This document shows positions 62,101 through 64,000 of a stretch of DNA of 64,000 nucleotides, in pieces. Source of the DNA: Eimeria praecox (taxonomy: Eukaryota); contig OY986950.1 in NCBI GenBank assembly GCA_963920595.1, positions 4,712,001-4,776,000 on the forward strand, read 5' to 3'. How positions within the stretch are numbered: position 1 is the first letter of the stretch; every line of letters starts with the position of its first letter. The translations under genes were made by a program, and so were the position numbers. The notes beneath the pieces are model-generated. The model ran no database searches. It saw only the letters and a list, made by a program, of their open reading frames with translations, and was not told where the DNA came from.

Positions 62101-64000
62101 AAGGGCACTCGTTAATGCAGAATGTTTAGTGTCTTTTATTCGGTTTAGCGTTCGTGTGTCGTGTTGACCATTCAGTCTTGCTTGAAACCGGTGAGCGTTG
62201 ACTACTCATATTTCATTTTGCCGTTAAACACTGACACATTTTGAATGACACTGGGGTGTTCAGGTATCAAATAACGGATGACGCGAAGCTGCGGCCATTT
62301 GCCTTGCGGTGGGAAAGGAAGCTGCAGCAACTGCTGCAGGAAGAGAGGCTTCCCGGAGCAAAGATGGGACTTAAAACAGAGAGAAGCCTTTGTAAGACGA
62401 AGCCGTTACTCCATGACTGCACCCCTTAACCCCAAACCCTAAGCACCCACAAGCGTAGGCTCTCAACTACCCTTTGATATCGGCGGCTACGGTTCAAGGT
62501 TCAGAGATGAGATTGGAAAGGCCAGGAGCTCAGCTGATGAACTGCACTTCAGCCTCTAGGGCTTAGCGTTTAGAGACGAGGTCTCCAAGTGTTTGTGACG
62601 TGCTGCAGCGGACGAATTGGCAGCGAGTTCTTCAGCGGGTCCTGGAGGTGAAGTGTTGTTGATAGCTGCGGCAGGTTCACTGATTGGAGTATATGTGTGG
62701 GTTGTGAACTTTTCCCGTTCTCACTTGCGTTCGAAGGCCATCGTTGCCTTGACAGGGGCAGGAGCTGCCCTTTTGGGGTACCTTGGGGGGGCAGGTGTGT
62801 GTTTTATGTCGGGTGTTGTTAGCACAGGGACGGCTGCTGCTGCGCCGCTGCTGGTTGTTGGCATAGGAGTAGACGATACCCTTGTGCTGTTACAGTCGTA
62901 CAGCCTTACGGTGCATAAACGCTCCGCAGCCGACCGCCTGCAGTTGACACTCCGTGACAGTGGCGTGGGTATCACTATAACGACCTTGACGAATCTGATG
63001 ACCTTTGGCATCGGCGCCTTCAGTCCCTATCTCGCAATCCAAAGCTTCTGCCTCCTTTGCCTCTCCGGCCTATTCTTGGGCTACATCATGTGCCTCACCT
63101 TCTTCCTCGGTTTCCTCGCCCTCGACGCTAAGGCAGAAGCAGCTGGGCAGGTCATGGCTATCTTTAGGTGGTGCCCCATGAAGATCATGAAGGACTCCTC
63201 GCCTACAAAGACGCAGACCCAACAGCAAAACCAGCAGGGAGGGCAGCAGAAACGACAAATGCGTACTCTCAAAGGCTTGCCCATGCTCCAGTATGTCGAT
63301 AAGACTCGCTTACCTGGTGCCGACGCCTCGGTACTCTCTGCCTGCGCCAGCGATATATTTCAGTGCATTACCATGCAGGTGGAAGCGGCTCTGCAGCAAC
63401 AGCAGCAACAGCGGCTGATCGAAGCAGAGACCCGCCGCATGCGAAAGCAGCAGACCTCCAAGAAGAAGAAGCAGCAGAAAAAAGCCCCTGCAAAACGCAG
63501 GAAGAATGCGAAAGCAGCCCTCACTAGCACTAGCTCGGGGGCAGAGGACAAAAAGCTGGACGACGCATCCAGTGACTCAGAAAATTGTAAGAGAAAGACA
63601 AGACAGCGAAAGCAGCCAGCGAGGAAGGTAAATGCCAGAAAGAAGAAACCCGTGGAGGCTAGCAACAGCAGCAAAAAGAACAGCAGCAAGAGCAGCAAAA
63701 GAAGCAGCCAGAGTGGGAGCTTTAGGAGCAGCCGCAGCAGCGCCAAAAAACAGCAACAACAACAACGACAGCGCCGCGCGAAGGCCCTCAGGCCGGCTCT
63801 CAAAGGGCGCCGCCAGCAGCAGCAGCAGGAGCAGCAGCAAGAGCAGCAGCAAGAGCAGCCGAAGGAAGGCGAAACTCCTGGCCTTCAGGTGGGATCCCAG
63901 GCTCCCCTAGAGGCAAACAGCAAACTACCAGCTGCGACGGCAGCAGCAGCAGCAGCAGCAACAGGTGTACTAGGTTCAGGCGCCAACGTGAACAAAGGTG
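59168..64000 (+). CDS. Patched/NPC1-related sterol-sensing-domain (RND superfamily) membrane protein, truncated by the window end
   Basis: Exons 59168-59482, 59588-59701, 60019-60743, 61424-61570, 62264-62391 and 62609->64000. FGRYALIVYHHPFKFII (TM1), a lumenal domain with NLCYR...C, RWERKL and RSLSDEL, then the SSD ...APLLVVGIGVDDTLVLL...LRDSGVGITITTLTNLMTFGIGAFSPYLAIQSFCLLCLSGLFLGYIMCLTFFLGFLALD. The last exon is absent from the ORF track because it has no stop inside the window. Confidence 0.92.

Overview
Eukaryotic, intron-rich DNA with the hallmarks of a coccidian apicomplexan, most likely Eimeria: abundant (CAG)n tracts in exons, interstitial AAACCCT/TTTAGGG heptamers and TGCATGCA motifs in introns, and alternating repeat-rich and repeat-poor segments. 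Spliced gene models were built by eye. In order they are GAP50 (-), a very large WD40/coiled-coil protein whose C-terminus resembles EDC4/Ge-1/Varicose (-), PP1 inhibitor-3 (+), two tandem intronless membrane-anchored rhoptry-kinase-family (ROPK-like) genes (-), tRNA-Gly(TCC) (+), a hemolysin-III/PAQR membrane protein (-) with a DPM2-like ORF ending only 131 nt upstream of it, TAF1 with zinc knuckle and bromodomain (-), a hypothetical beta-propeller-like protein (-), and a Patched/NPC1-type sterol-sensing-domain protein (+) that runs off the window. Several heavily decayed Ty3/gypsy fragments lie between genes. The most notable observations are: (1) a kinase + pseudokinase ROPK pair, with a 74-bp spacerless palindrome between the two genes and a 201-bp tandem duplication downstream; (2) short introns bracketed by inverted telomere-like heptamers that could fold and bring the splice sites together; (3) a possible bicistronic DPM2-HlyIII transcript; (4) a candidate apicomplexan EDC4; and (5) two candidate GC-AG introns. 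All family calls are motif recognition from memory, not database searches, and exon boundaries are predictions.
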